Virus record (IMG/VR): IMGVR_UViG_3300045988_042358 | Location: 1-59,894 of that record | Source: a virus | Length of the DNA stretch: 59,894 nt | Reading direction: 5' to 3' (one strand) | Part shown: piece after piece, positions 27,755 through 37,183 of the stretch | Layout of the letters: each line of letters begins with the position of its first letter | Numbering within the stretch: position 1 is the first letter of the stretch | Notes under the pieces: generated by a model | Databases searched by the model: none | Told to the model about the DNA's origin: nothing | The model's input: only the letters and a program-made list of their open reading frames with translations | Program-made: the position numbers and the translations under genes

Positions 27755-30289
27755 TTAGCCAAATTCATTTGCTACGATATATCGCTGTCCATGCTTTGCT
27801 TTGCCTACCTGTGTCATACGATAGAGCGTTTCACTGTCGCACTTAAACACATTTTCGATGATAGGCGCAGAGTTTCCACCGGCATTAGAGTTCATCATTA
27901 CTTGTGCCATGCCCTCCATGACAGCCTGTTTAATTCCCTCTGTAATCTGTTGATTGTTTGCAACTACATTTCTACCATTTGAGAATTTACCGACTAACTC
28001 ATTGTGATTGATGAAAGCCATGCCGTCCTCTCCCCTTGGGAAAATTCCACCACTAGCAAGCCTTGGAATATGCACTTTCGGGACTAACGATACTCCGTTC
28101 CAATTTGCACCAGCCACCTTAGCAGCCATAGAAACAACTTTGTTAAATCCTCTTAATAAAGAGTTAATTCCGCTAACAACAAAATTAACACCATTCTCTA
28201 TTTTTGAAATAACGTAGTTCATAGCCCCTGTGACACCACCTCTTATTGAACTCCACACATAATTAAACGCGTTTGTAATTCCGTTTTTCATAATATTAAA
28301 GCAGTTTGTGATAGGCGAAATAACATTGCCATTAAACCAACCCGCCACGCTTTGCCAAGTAGATATAACAAAGTTCTTTGCTGTGCTAAGTGCCGATGTT
28401 ATACCAGCTTTCAACATATTAAAAAAGTTTGAAATCGGTTGTATTACTGTACCGCTAAACCAACTTGCCGCCCCTTGCCATGTTGAAAATACAAAATCTT
28501 TTGCTGTCTGTATCGTTGTCTGTATAAACGTTTTTAAAAAATTAAACAGATTTGAAATTGGAGTGATTACATTATTATTGAACCACCCCGAAGCTACTAT
28601 CCAAATTGCTTGAATTATTATCCAAATACCTTGAAAAATCTGTTGTGCTCGTGTAGCAAAGCCTTTAAAAAAGCCAACTATCGGTTCAATTACTGTGGAA
28701 CTAAACCATTTCGAAGCTCCTTGCCACACAGTTACTATGTCTTTCCATAAGGAGCCAAAAAAGCCACTTATGGTTTTCCACATATCTTTAAAAAACGAAA
28801 CTACAGGCTTAATGACATTTCCATTGAACCATTCGCCAACTGTTGAAAATAGTTCACAAATTGCGTTCCAATTATCTTTTACCACAACAACAATCGTTGC
28901 GACTGCTGCCACTATTGCTCCAACAATTACTGCTGGCAATGCTGCCACACCGGCTAATATTGCTCCGATTGTGGCTAATGCAACACCTATTACCATTAAA
29001 ATCTCATTCACCCAGCTAAATCCGTCTTTTAGCATTTTGACAAAATTTACAATAGATAAAATTGTTCCGGCTATTGCCGAAAAAGCAGAACCAATTGTTG
29101 CTAATAGGTCTACTGCCCCTGTTCCGAATGCGGCTGTTATTGCATCACCCAAGCTTAAGCCACTAAATAATCCCTCTATGAGCAATCCAAGATTAGTTGA
29201 CAATGAGGCGAAAATCGTTTTAAATGCTTGCATTATTGCCGTTCCAATGCCAGCTCCTTCCACAAGCTCAAATCCAATTTTTGAAGCTATTGCCTGTGCT
29301 ATTGCTTTTGATAATGATTTTCCAATAAAAGCGAGTGCCACTGAACCCAATTTTAACGAAATTATCTTTTTTATCAGCAATGTGCCAACTATTATCTCAA
29401 CAGTTTTAATGTCTAAATTGCTTAAAAAGTCCGTAATTCCTTTGAGTACGTCTTTCCACGACACATTTTTAATTGCCGTGGTTAGCATGGTGTATATTCC
29501 TTGTACCCATGCGTTAATAGTTTTTGCTAATAACGCAAAATCAAAATTCTCAAAAAATCCATTAATGCCGTTAGCAATCGACAAGCCAAAATTAGTCCAG
29601 TCGAATGTTGTACCGAATGAATTAAGAAAATGTAAAGCTGTGTTCAGCGAACCGGCTATTGTTGCACCCAAATCATAAAAGAGTCTTGGACTGATTAAGC
29701 CGTTAAGGAAATCTGCAAGTCCTTTTCCGAAATTGTCAGCTTTCTGATAAATCTTCTTCCAATCAATGCTCTCCATAGCACTCGCAAGAGCGTCACCGAT
29801 GTACTTTCCGAGTGAGTAAAGGTCCTTGATTGATGATTTGTATTTTTCAAGCAATCCATCGGTCTTTTTCAGTGAGCTATTAACACCGCTGCCGGCTCCG
29901 CCACCACCTGAACCGCCACTGCCTGAACCGCCACCACTGCCACTATCACTGTTATCGTCAAGTGCGTGTATCTCGTCTATGCTAAGTAGTGTCTTTTTCA
30001 GTTTTTGCGCTTTCTTATTGGAACTATCAGCGTTATCGCCAATATCGCCTACTCCGTCAGCTATGTCCTCCATGCCGTCAGCCGTGGCGCCGCGACCGCT
30101 TATCTCGATAGTCCATCCGAAGATTGCTCCGAGTGCGTCAGCTACAGTTCTTGTGAAACTGATAACTTTGAGCATTACCTTATTTAAGGCTTGGACAAAC
30201 GGCTTTAAAGCATTGATTACTACGCTACCTATGATACTGCCCCATGCTTGGAACTCTTGCTTAAGGACTCTTACACTATTCGCCCATGT
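27755..30289 (-). CDS. tail tape measure protein, exon 2
   Basis: Begins TWANSVRVLKQEFQAWGSIIG, which continues the TP901-type core motif broken in exon 1. Gly/Ser linker, hydrophobic segment and ~40-aa W..WF..VI.P repeats. Confidence 0.8.
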   Translation of the reverse strand, partial: TWANSVRVLKQEFQAWGSIIGSVVINALKPFVQALNKVMLKVISFTRTVADALGAIFGWTIEISGRGATADGMEDIADGVGDIGDNADSSNKKAQKLKKTLLSIDEIHALDDNSDSGSGGGSGSGGSGGGGAGSGVNSSLKKTDGLLEKYKSSIKDLYSLGKYIGDALASAMESIDWKKIYQKADNFGKGLADFLNGLISPRLFYDLGATIAGSLNTALHFLNSFGTTFDWTNFGLSIANGINGFFENFDFALLAKTINAWVQGIYTMLTTAIKNVSWKDVLKGITDFLSNLDIKTVEIIVGTLLIKKIISLKLGSVALAFIGKSLSKAIAQAIASKIGFELVEGAGIGTAIMQAFKTIFASLSTNLGLLIEGLFSGLSLGDAITAAFGTGAVDLLATIGSAFSAIAGTILSIVNFVKMLKDGFSWVNEILMVIGVALATIGAILAGVAALPAVIVGAIVAAVATIVVVVKDNWNAICELFSTVGEWFNGNVIKPVVSFFKDMWKTISGFFGSLWKDIVTVWQGASKWFSSTVIEPIVGFFKGFATRAQQIFQGIWIIIQAIWIVASGWFNNNVITPISNLFNFLKTFIQTTIQTAKDFVFSTWQGAASWFSGTVIQPISNFFNMLKAGITSALSTAKNFVISTWQSVAGWFNGNVISPITNCFNIMKNGITNAFNYVWSSIRGGVTGAMNYVISKIENGVNFVVSGINSLLRGFNKVVSMAAKVAGANWNGVSLVPKVHIPRLASGGIFPRGEDGMAFINHNELVGKFSNGRNVVANNQQITEGIKQAVMEGMAQVMMNSNAGGNSAPIIENVFKCDSETLYRMTQVGKAKHGQRYIVANEFG

Positions 30290-30591
30290 CAATTTGTTAT
30301 CGTAAAGGCTTTTTATCCTCTACTTCTTATAGTTTCCTATAAGTTCAGCGTACATTTTCAACCACAAAAATAAGACGCATTTCTACGTCTTATGGTTGTC
30401 GAGCACTCTTGGGAAGATTATATTTATTCACTTCCTACGCGTTACGGTGTCAATCAGCCTTTCGCTATCTGATTGATTACCTCGGTATTGGCTTATTGAT
30501 GTTTAAATCAACTTAGTTTTTCACCGATTTTGCTCGATTTTTCATCAGCACATTACTATGCTGCGCGACACATGAAACTAACGTTTCGTTT
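30290..30591 (-). ncRNA. putative group I intron interrupting the tape measure gene
   Basis: The 5' exon ends in U and the intron ends in G. Intron nt 18-26 (CAUGU-GUCG) pair contiguously with the 3' exon start ACAUG (P10) and the 5' exon end CGAU (P1, G.U at the splice site). The junction is in frame. GAAA-tetraloop hairpin. Confidence 0.6.
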
Positions 30592-31830
30592 ATCGGCTGT
30601 CTTGGCGAAGTCTCCTTGTGCAGCTTGCGTATTTGCCGTGACATAATTGTATCTTAGCAATACCTTTTCAGCTTGCGTCATGGACTTGATATTTGCGTCA
30701 AGTCCGTTTTTCATAGCCCACTCTGAAAGTGTGGCTTGTGTTAAATCAAGTCCGTATCTCCTTAATGGTGCGATTGTTCCCGAAAAAATGGATTGTAAGC
30801 TCTTTGCAACATCAGCTTGGTCTACATCATAAAATGAAGCCATATCGCCAGCTAATCTTGTAAGATTAAGCGACATATCAGCCATACTGTCTGTAGTCTT
30901 GTATAGCGTGTTATTTTGGCTCATAAGAGCTTTATTTGCCACTGCCGTACCATTTGCCACTTGCTCTGATGAAATGCCTATAGAGGTACCTAACGCTTGG
31001 AAACGGCTTGATATTTGCTTAACTGTCAGCTCTGACATTCCGAAGTCTTGAATTGATGTTTTTGTAAAATCATCAACTTTGCTTGCCATGTCACCAAACG
31101 TGGTATCTACTACGTTTTGAACCTCGGTTAGTTGGCTTGCTAAATCAACTGCACTGCCTATTTTTCCTACAGCTCGCATAACCATCCAATAAGTTGCATA
31201 AAACTTACCGATAGTTGAAGCTAAGCCCCTGAATCCACTTCTTGTACTCTTAATTGACTTAGTTGTGTTTGAAAAGCCTGTTATGAGCGACCTACTAGCC
31301 GAACCAACTTTTGCGCCTTGCTGCGACAGATTAGCAAGTGCATTAGTCATTTGAATTATGTTATTGCTGACTCTCGGTGTGTTAGATAATGTTGTCATTA
31401 CCTCTTTCAAGGCGCTGCCAAGGTTTCTTATGTTGTCCGCAGCATAACTAGCTGATTTCGAACCGAGCTTTGAGATTGAAGCTGTTAGCTGTGTAATCTC
31501 TGCTGATTGCTTTGATATATTCGCAAAGCCCGATAATTCTGTTGCCATGCTCTTTAAAGCACTTGCTGAGCTGACAAGCCTTGCGGTATCAAGGTTGCCG
31601 AGCTTCTCCATGTTGGTTGCAATCTTGCTAAAAGTACGAGTGTCAATACTGCTCACACTTCTAAGTGATGTTGCAAGTTGCGACATTCCGCTTGCAAAAT
31701 TGCTTATGCTTGCACCATTGAGGGAATTGAGAGTATCTCCAAGACCTTGCAACTTAGCTTGTAAATTGCCTATGGCTCTAGTCGCTTGCTGTGCGTCCGA
31801 CTTGATTTGAAGCTCAATGCTCTCTGCCAT
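30592..31830 (-). CDS. tail tape measure protein, exon 1
   Basis: MAESIELQIKSDAQQATRAIGNLQ..., TP901-family core. Ends ...AAQGDFAKTAD at the proposed 5' splice site. The ORF reads 11 codons into the intron, to the stop at 30556. Confidence 0.8.
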
Positions 31831-31883
31831 TTTCTCACCTCCCTGTAATAAAAAAGAGCTACCCTAAAGTAGCTCTCATGTAT

Positions 31884-32942
31884 TTAACCTTTGAGCAAAT
31901 AGTATGTTGTAATCAATCCAACATAGCCATCTTGCTTAAGACCTCTATTCTTTTGAAATACCATGACACATTTAGTGAGATAGTCGCTCCACTCTTTGTA
32001 ACCAATATCAAGTTTGTAAAAATGATACTTGTCATGCAGAGTTTTTCTCAACCACTTAATGGCTGTCGGGCAGTAATGTTTCTGACCACTCCACAGATTG
32101 TGGTTTTTTGCGAATGCCTGCGAGTTGGCTCCAAATTTACCATCTTCTTTCAGTACATCAGCTCCTTTGAGGTCGAAGCCTACATTCATAGCGTGCTGCC
32201 ATTTTCTTACATCATCATTATCGAGGTAATATTCCTCATTGCCTTTCCAAGCGTTATTCTTTACCGGAGTTGCTGCTGGTGTCGGAGTTGCTATTGGTGC
32301 CGGATTATTCTCTATTCCATCACCCTTGTCAAGCTCAATATAGAGTAAGTTAGCGTCAGTGCTGTTATTCAGACCGCTACAAGTAAATGCGCTCGAATAC
32401 TGCCAACCATACAGTGGATGTTGTATAACAGGCTTCTTTGCGCTATTAGGCTCATCACCAATAGACATTCCCTTAGTTGATGGATAGCGTGCAATCCAAA
32501 ACGGACAATTAATCTGATTTGCGTATGGCGCAATATACTGATTGTAAAAGCTAAGCCCTGTGTATACACCAAAGTTAAGCCCGGCACTCTTGATAACACT
32601 TTGATATGTGTTGATAATATCAATAAGTGTCTGTCCGAGTCCTTGCTGGCACTTATCCTCAACATCTAACCAAACAAAGGTTTTTCTTCCGGCAAGTACC
32701 TCAATCACTCTCTGTGCGTCCGTCTTTGCCTTATCTACTGTTGTAGCGTATGAGTAGTTGTAAACACCTTGTATTGGCATTCCTACATCAGTACAGCCTT
32801 TCCAATTTTGCTCAAAGGTTTTATCCGGATTAAGGTCTTTGCGGATTATTTTAAGGATTGCAAACTGTACTCCAGCCCACTTAACCTTACTCCAATCAAC
32901 ATTTCCTTGATATGACGATACGTCAATTCCTTTATATGCCAT
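31884..32942 (-). CDS. endolysin: GH25 muramidase plus two PG_binding_1-like repeats
   Basis: KGIDVSSYQGNVDWSKVKWAGVQFAILK...FVWLDVED. C-terminal KWQHAMN...EDGKFG and FQKNRGLKQDGYVG. Confidence 0.85.
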   Translation of the reverse strand: MAYKGIDVSSYQGNVDWSKVKWAGVQFAILKIIRKDLNPDKTFEQNWKGCTDVGMPIQGVYNYSYATTVDKAKTDAQRVIEVLAGRKTFVWLDVEDKCQQGLGQTLIDIINTYQSVIKSAGLNFGVYTGLSFYNQYIAPYANQINCPFWIARYPSTKGMSIGDEPNSAKKPVIQHPLYGWQYSSAFTCSGLNNSTDANLLYIELDKGDGIENNPAPIATPTPAATPVKNNAWKGNEEYYLDNDDVRKWQHAMNVGFDLKGADVLKEDGKFGANSQAFAKNHNLWSGQKHYCPTAIKWLRKTLHDKYHFYKLDIGYKEWSDYLTKCVMVFQKNRGLKQDGYVGLITTYYLLKG

Positions 32943-32954
32943 ATTTTCACCTCA

Positions 32955-33413
32955 TTAATCAGGACTTTCAGGTAATCCCGACTGTCTTAATGCGTTAATT
33001 CGTTGCTTCATTTCATACACGGCAATTTCCTCATTAGACTCCTTGTATTTAGGCTCGTTATCTTTTGAGTATTGCTCATTTAATGATTTTTCAATGTATT
33101 TTGCCCTTGCTTTGTTGCTATTCAAAGCTCTGTCGATAGCTGTAAGAGTTGCGCTCAATCCGTATGTGCCCCACCAAGCCCACATGTTGGAGTCGGCTTC
33201 TTTTTGTGCAAGCGTATAAGCCTTTGAATAAGGCTCTAAATCAGCCGGGCAAGACATGTCTATGTCCTCAACGCTAAATCCATAGCCTTTAGTTGCTAAC
33301 AGCCAATATGGGCGGATTTCGTTGCAATATACTTCCCATGTAAGCTCTTTTACTTCTTGATTGGTTTCTTCTTGGCTGTCTGCGCCTCTCTCGCCAGCAT
33401 CTTTGATAAAAAA
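32955..33413 (-). CDS. -1 frameshift extension of the tail assembly chaperone (GT product)
   Basis: The -1 frame is open from the slip site at 33413 to the stop at 32955. The ORF-track ORF 32955..33257 is its 3' part. Confidence 0.65.
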   Translation of the reverse strand, partial: FFIKDAGERGADSQEETNQEVKELTWEVYCNEIRPYWLLATKGYGFSVEDIDMSCPADLEPYSKAYTLAQKEADSNMWAWWGTYGLSATLTAIDRALNSNKARAKYIEKSLNEQYSKDNEPKYKESNEEIAVYEMKQRINALRQSGLPESPD

Positions 33414-33754
33414 CTGTTTTTCTCCATTTCAGCTGACAAGTCGTTGTAGAGTGACATTATATCTCCACCCTCTTCATTCTCCGGGTCAAGGTAGTCGTCA
33501 AGCAAATCATACATCTTTACCAATTGCTTCTCTTTTGCTTCTTTATCGTCAAAATCAAAGCCAAATTCGTCAGCGTGAAACTTTTGCAAGCCCACGAGCA
33601 AAAACTCTGGTAAAAATCCAAGCATGTTGTCAACGGCTTCAAGTCCCTCGCCCTGTTGCCCCATCCCTACGAGCCTTGGGATAATTTTATTCTTATATAC
33701 CGGTGCATATCCGAATTTAACTGTGTATTCTTTTCCGTTTAATTTAATTTTCAT
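33350..33754 (-). CDS. tail assembly chaperone (G)
   Basis: 134-aa acidic protein between the major tail protein and the tape measure. Contains the slippery heptamer near its 3' end. Confidence 0.7.
   Translation of the reverse strand: MKIKLNGKEYTVKFGYAPVYKNKIIPRLVGMGQQGEGLEAVDNMLGFLPEFLLVGLQKFHADEFGFDFDDKEAKEKQLVKMYDLLDDYLDPENEEGGDIMSLYNDLSAEMEKNSFLSKMLAREAQTAKKKPIKK
33407..33413 (-). promoter_or_regulatory. programmed -1 ribosomal frameshift site U_UUU_UUA
   Basis: Zero-frame codons AGT TTT TTA. The heptamer T TTT TTA fits X_XXY_YYZ, and the -1 frame is open downstream. Confidence 0.65.
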
Positions 33755-33897
33755 TTTATCTTTCCCTTTCTCCCTAATTTATATAGGGAAAGAGGCAGTA
33801 TTAAAACTGCCTCAATTACCTTACTATATTGTTTCTTCAAGTTCGCTGTCAGCCGTGCTATCATCATAGCCAACCGCTACGGCTTTTTCCGATTGGC

Positions 33898-34398
33898 TCA
33901 CCCTTTTTTTGTGAGTGTGATTGCTGTTGGGTAGCCTTGGTCATCCTCTGTTACCGCAACATCGTAGTTATCCTCAATCCACTTAGGCACTGTCTGAACT
34001 GATACAGTCGCAGTTCCTGTTAAGTGGTCATCAGAAGCCTCACCTGGGGCGAATGACTCTTGTCCAATAAAAGCGCAGATACCCTCTGAACCTTTTCCAT
34101 CTGTACCATAGAGAATGATGAAATCGAGCTTCTTACCCTCGTTAGTTACCATCTCATCCTTGTACTTCTTCTCGAAAGCTCCCTCAACTTCCATAGAGCC
34201 GGCTGAACGTCTGCCCATTTCCTGTGTCTCTACTAAATCCTCAAGAGTTGAAGTATCTACCATGTTCTGTGAACCGAATGGTGAGGGAATTGATTTTGCT
34301 CTAAGTAAGAGCTTGTAAGTTCCAGCCCAGTAATCGCCACTTGTGGCGGATGCGGTTGGTGTCTTGTAAGCAATTCTACTTTTTAAACCTGTTGCCAT
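33898..34398 (-). CDS. major tail protein (TP901-1/phi13-like)
   Basis: 166 aa. DTSTLEDLVETQEMGRRSAGSMEVEG fits the 'T.l.d....y..G..d.G.l.f' pattern. Synteny supports the call. Confidence 0.65.
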   Translation of the reverse strand: MATGLKSRIAYKTPTASATSGDYWAGTYKLLLRAKSIPSPFGSQNMVDTSTLEDLVETQEMGRRSAGSMEVEGAFEKKYKDEMVTNEGKKLDFIILYGTDGKGSEGICAFIGQESFAPGEASDDHLTGTATVSVQTVPKWIEDNYDVAVTEDDQGYPTAITLTKKG

Positions 34399-34446
34399 TT
34401 GTATTACCTCCTAATTTTTCATAAAAAAATAAGAGCCAAAAGGCTC

Positions 34447-34863
34447 TTATAATCTATCGTTCCAGTCGAATGACCGCCTAGCACGTAATGTTGCTGTCCA
34501 TAATTTGCCGTTTTTTCTAGCGAATGGGGCCGGTTTCAATGCGAATGACATAGCTTTGTATTCATCAGCCACTGTCTGCGCCACATTCAAAGCTTCTGAA
34601 CGGCTTTTATTCGTTGTAACAGTTACTTGTGCCGTAAATAACACTGTATTTGTTCTTCTGCCCTCTAAATCCTCGTTCTGTTCAATAGGTTCGAGTGCTT
34701 GAACTAGCACTGTCGGGAAACTAGCCGCAGCACTGTCCGACTGTTCCTCTTGTGTAAATTTTAGCTTGGGATATTTAGTTTTCAATTTTTTCTCACATCG
34801 GGTTTTCATAATCGCATATGTAAGGTCTTCAAGGTCATAAGCCCATTGATTTTGACTCGCCAC
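34447..34863 (-). CDS. head-tail joining/tail terminator-position protein
   Basis: 138-aa ORF. Assigned by synteny only. Confidence 0.4.
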   Translation of the reverse strand: MASQNQWAYDLEDLTYAIMKTRCEKKLKTKYPKLKFTQEEQSDSAAASFPTVLVQALEPIEQNEDLEGRRTNTVLFTAQVTVTTNKSRSEALNVAQTVADEYKAMSFALKPAPFARKNGKLWTATLRARRSFDWNDRL

Positions 34864-34874
34864 TTTATCTCACC

Positions 34875-35408
34875 TCAACTAAAATTTTTCCGTGCCGTTC
34901 TCATAATGTCGTTTTCCATTTTTAAAAATGCGTGATACATCGGCATTGTAGGTGTAATGCCGTATGAATGGTGTAATTCTCCACTTTCGTCTCTCCAATA
35001 CCAGCCCTCACTATCGAATGCGTGTGTCTGCCCCGGGAAAGTTCCCTGACCGCCTCTTGTGTCATTGAAGTGCGGCTTAGCTCTCCAGCCCGAGCCGTAT
35101 TCAGCCATAAGTAAAGGCGACACATCAACTGTTTTGAGTCCGTCAGCCGTCTGCCATGTGCTTTGTATCTGCCCTGTTTCAGTGGCAAGCACAATAGCCG
35201 TACAGCCGTCTGTTGTATCTTTAATTTCGTAACTAAACGTGATATAGTGTCCGAAATTGCCTGTATTCGCTTGTGCTACGGCTATGCCATTACTAGCAAG
35301 CTCTGCGACAAACGCTATACACTTGTCTTGTAAGCGGTCTTTGTATCTTTCAAGCTTGTCTATCGCATCTTGTATAGATTTTTCTGTCAAAGAAACGTCA
35401 ATCTTCAC
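34875..35408 (-). CDS. head-tail joining protein (hypothetical)
   Basis: 177-aa ORF. Assigned by synteny only. Confidence 0.4.
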   Translation of the reverse strand: MKIDVSLTEKSIQDAIDKLERYKDRLQDKCIAFVAELASNGIAVAQANTGNFGHYITFSYEIKDTTDGCTAIVLATETGQIQSTWQTADGLKTVDVSPLLMAEYGSGWRAKPHFNDTRGGQGTFPGQTHAFDSEGWYWRDESGELHHSYGITPTMPMYHAFLKMENDIMRTARKNFS

Positions 35409-35410
35409 AA

Positions 35411-35836
35411 TTACACCTCTTTCACAACTGCTTTCAACATGTATTTAACTGAATAGAGAGAGGGCTTGACTCCCACTATTGTAAAATCTGCGGAAGTTGA
35501 ATCAACTAATCCGTTTTCGTTCTTTGTAGGCTCGCTATCGAGCCAAATAACGTCTCCCTTTTTAAAGGGGTACATTCCCTTGTCTGTCAGCAAAACAGCG
35601 TCAAAATCAGCCGTATTAAAGCCATATTCCTTGTTCTGCGCTTCTCCTCCGTCAAATGATATATTCGCCCGAAAATCAACCGGCTCTGAAAAGCCTGTTT
35701 CCTCGTGGGTGTAGTATATCTTCTCTCCGTCCTCCGTCTCATAAAACTTTAGATTTCCGTCCTCGTCTTTTTCGTAGGCTGTGATTGTTTGACCTTGAAG
35801 CGCGTATTTCATGGCCTGTTTATTAATGTCAAGCAT
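35411..35836 (-). CDS. head-tail joining protein (hypothetical)
   Basis: 141-aa ORF. Assigned by synteny only. Confidence 0.4.
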   Translation of the reverse strand: MLDINKQAMKYALQGQTITAYEKDEDGNLKFYETEDGEKIYYTHEETGFSEPVDFRANISFDGGEAQNKEYGFNTADFDAVLLTDKGMYPFKKGDVIWLDSEPTKNENGLVDSTSADFTIVGVKPSLYSVKYMLKAVVKEV

Positions 35837-36098
35837 TTTTCTTTATCTGCTTGTAAATCTGATTAACACCGGTACTTGCCATGCCCGACACAATGCCAAC
35901 TGCTATTGCATCAAGAATGTTGTCTGCCGGATAACCGGGAATTACAAACATTCCAACAACACCGAGTATTCCACCGGCTACACCTACGATAATAGGAATA
36001 ACATTATCTTTAACCTGTGGTATCTGCTTTGAAGCATATCCGATTAAATAAGTAATCACCATAATAGCAACTACTGTAGGTACTTGTGTAAAGTCCAT
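35829..36098 (-). CDS. phage holin (holin_4_1 / TcdE-like family)
   Basis: 89 aa with three hydrophobic helices. KDNVIPIIVGVAGGILG...AIAVGIVSGMASTGVNQIYKQIKK matches the family pattern. Confidence 0.75.
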   Translation of the reverse strand: MDFTQVPTVVAIMVITYLIGYASKQIPQVKDNVIPIIVGVAGGILGVVGMFVIPGYPADNILDAIAVGIVSGMASTGVNQIYKQIKKNA

Positions 36099-36101
36099 GT
36101 C

Positions 36102-36425
36102 TTAGTCCTCCTTATCATTGTTAATTCTTGCTTCAAGCCCATCTATTCTGTGATGAGCCGACTTAACGCTCTCCTCAACCTTAACAATTCGGTTATCGTG
36201 AGAGTTGATTTCTTTTCTCATTTCCAATACCTCGTTTTTTATCTCGGTTGTGTTGCTTGATATAGTGTCAAGCTTTATGTTTATCTTTGTGTTCTCCCGA
36301 ACACGTTCCGTAAGCTCTGAATTATCGGACTTTTTGTTATTCTTTAGGTTAAAAGCTAAAGTAAACAGCCCAAAAAAGACGGAAAAAGCAACTGATACGA
36401 TGCTTATAATTACTGCTATTGGCAT
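36102..36425 (-). CDS. membrane-anchored coiled-coil protein (XhlA-like lysis accessory candidate)
   Basis: N-terminal TM segment MPIAVIISIVSVAFSVFFGLFTLAF, then a coiled coil. Lies directly upstream of the holin. Confidence 0.4.
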   Translation of the reverse strand: MPIAVIISIVSVAFSVFFGLFTLAFNLKNNKKSDNSELTERVRENTKINIKLDTISSNTTEIKNEVLEMRKEINSHDNRIVKVEESVKSAHHRIDGLEARINNDKED

Positions 36426-36538
36426 TGATATACCGCCTTTCGTATAATTTTGGCACACCGCCCACCACCACTTAATGTGTACCGCCTGCTACCACTTTAC
36501 CGACATCAGTAAAATGGTAACGCACAATCTTCTTTTGC

Positions 36539-36916
36539 TTATAGCACTTTGACAAAAGGAAAAACTCCGACAAACAGCTTATCTCTGTCTTTCCATGTAC
36601 GGCTCACTCCGCCCTCACTTAATGCGCTCATGTAGTTCTCACCGGCTTGTGAATGGTCGTAGACAGCAAGATTGATAATAACGTTCTCAAACTGCTTTAA
36701 ATCGGCAGTTACATCATCATCAGTGAAAGTGTCCGGATAGCACCTTTTTGCTTTCACATCTTCCGTAGCTTGCTTAATGAGTTGTTCAATGAGTGGGTTA
36801 TCTTCCTTTTTATCGAATACAACCACATCAGATGTTGTTTCATCATCATTCGTGACTGTATCAATATGAAATTGTTTAAGTCTGATTTTGACTTGCTCCA
36901 ATGTGGTGTATTCCAT
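36539..36916 (-). CDS. head-tail connector protein (gp6-like)
   Basis: Start at MEYTTLEQVKIRLKQFHID... after AAGGAG. Shows the typical LEQVK..L.ID pattern. Confidence 0.55.
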   Translation of the reverse strand: MEYTTLEQVKIRLKQFHIDTVTNDDETTSDVVVFDKKEDNPLIEQLIKQATEDVKAKRCYPDTFTDDDVTADLKQFENVIINLAVYDHSQAGENYMSALSEGGVSRTWKDRDKLFVGVFPFVKVL

Positions 36917-36926
36917 GCCAAGCTCC

Positions 36927-37178
36927 TTATAATCCAAACTTTTCAATTAACATTTTCTTCAAGTCGCTGCCATTTATTTCTGTGGCATTTTCAATACCAT
37001 TTTCGCTCGCAAGCTTCTTTAGGTCGGCTGTTGACATTCTGTTAATTTCTGTCTTTGTGTATGGTGTTTCAGGTGGGTTCATAAAATCAGAAGGTACCGA
37101 ATTGCTATTGCTTTCCGGTACCTCGTCTCCGACTTTATACCACACTCCATCATGCTTTATAGAGTGCGTTGCTATCAT
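36927..37178 (-). CDS. hypothetical protein with a C-terminal HeH/SAP-like motif
   Basis: MSTADLKKLASENGIENATEINGSDLKKMLIEKFGL. Confidence 0.4.
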   Translation of the reverse strand: MIATHSIKHDGVWYKVGDEVPESNSNSVPSDFMNPPETPYTKTEINRMSTADLKKLASENGIENATEINGSDLKKMLIEKFGL

Positions 37179-37183
37179 AAGCC

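Noticed and set aside
28695-29678. A 327-aa plus-strand ORF (and neighbours 28008..28613 and 29826..30305) antisense to the tape measure gene.
   Set aside because: It is a shadow ORF of a long, low-complexity, repeat-rich minus-strand gene. It has no RBS and its composition mirrors the TMP Ala/Gly/Ile codons.
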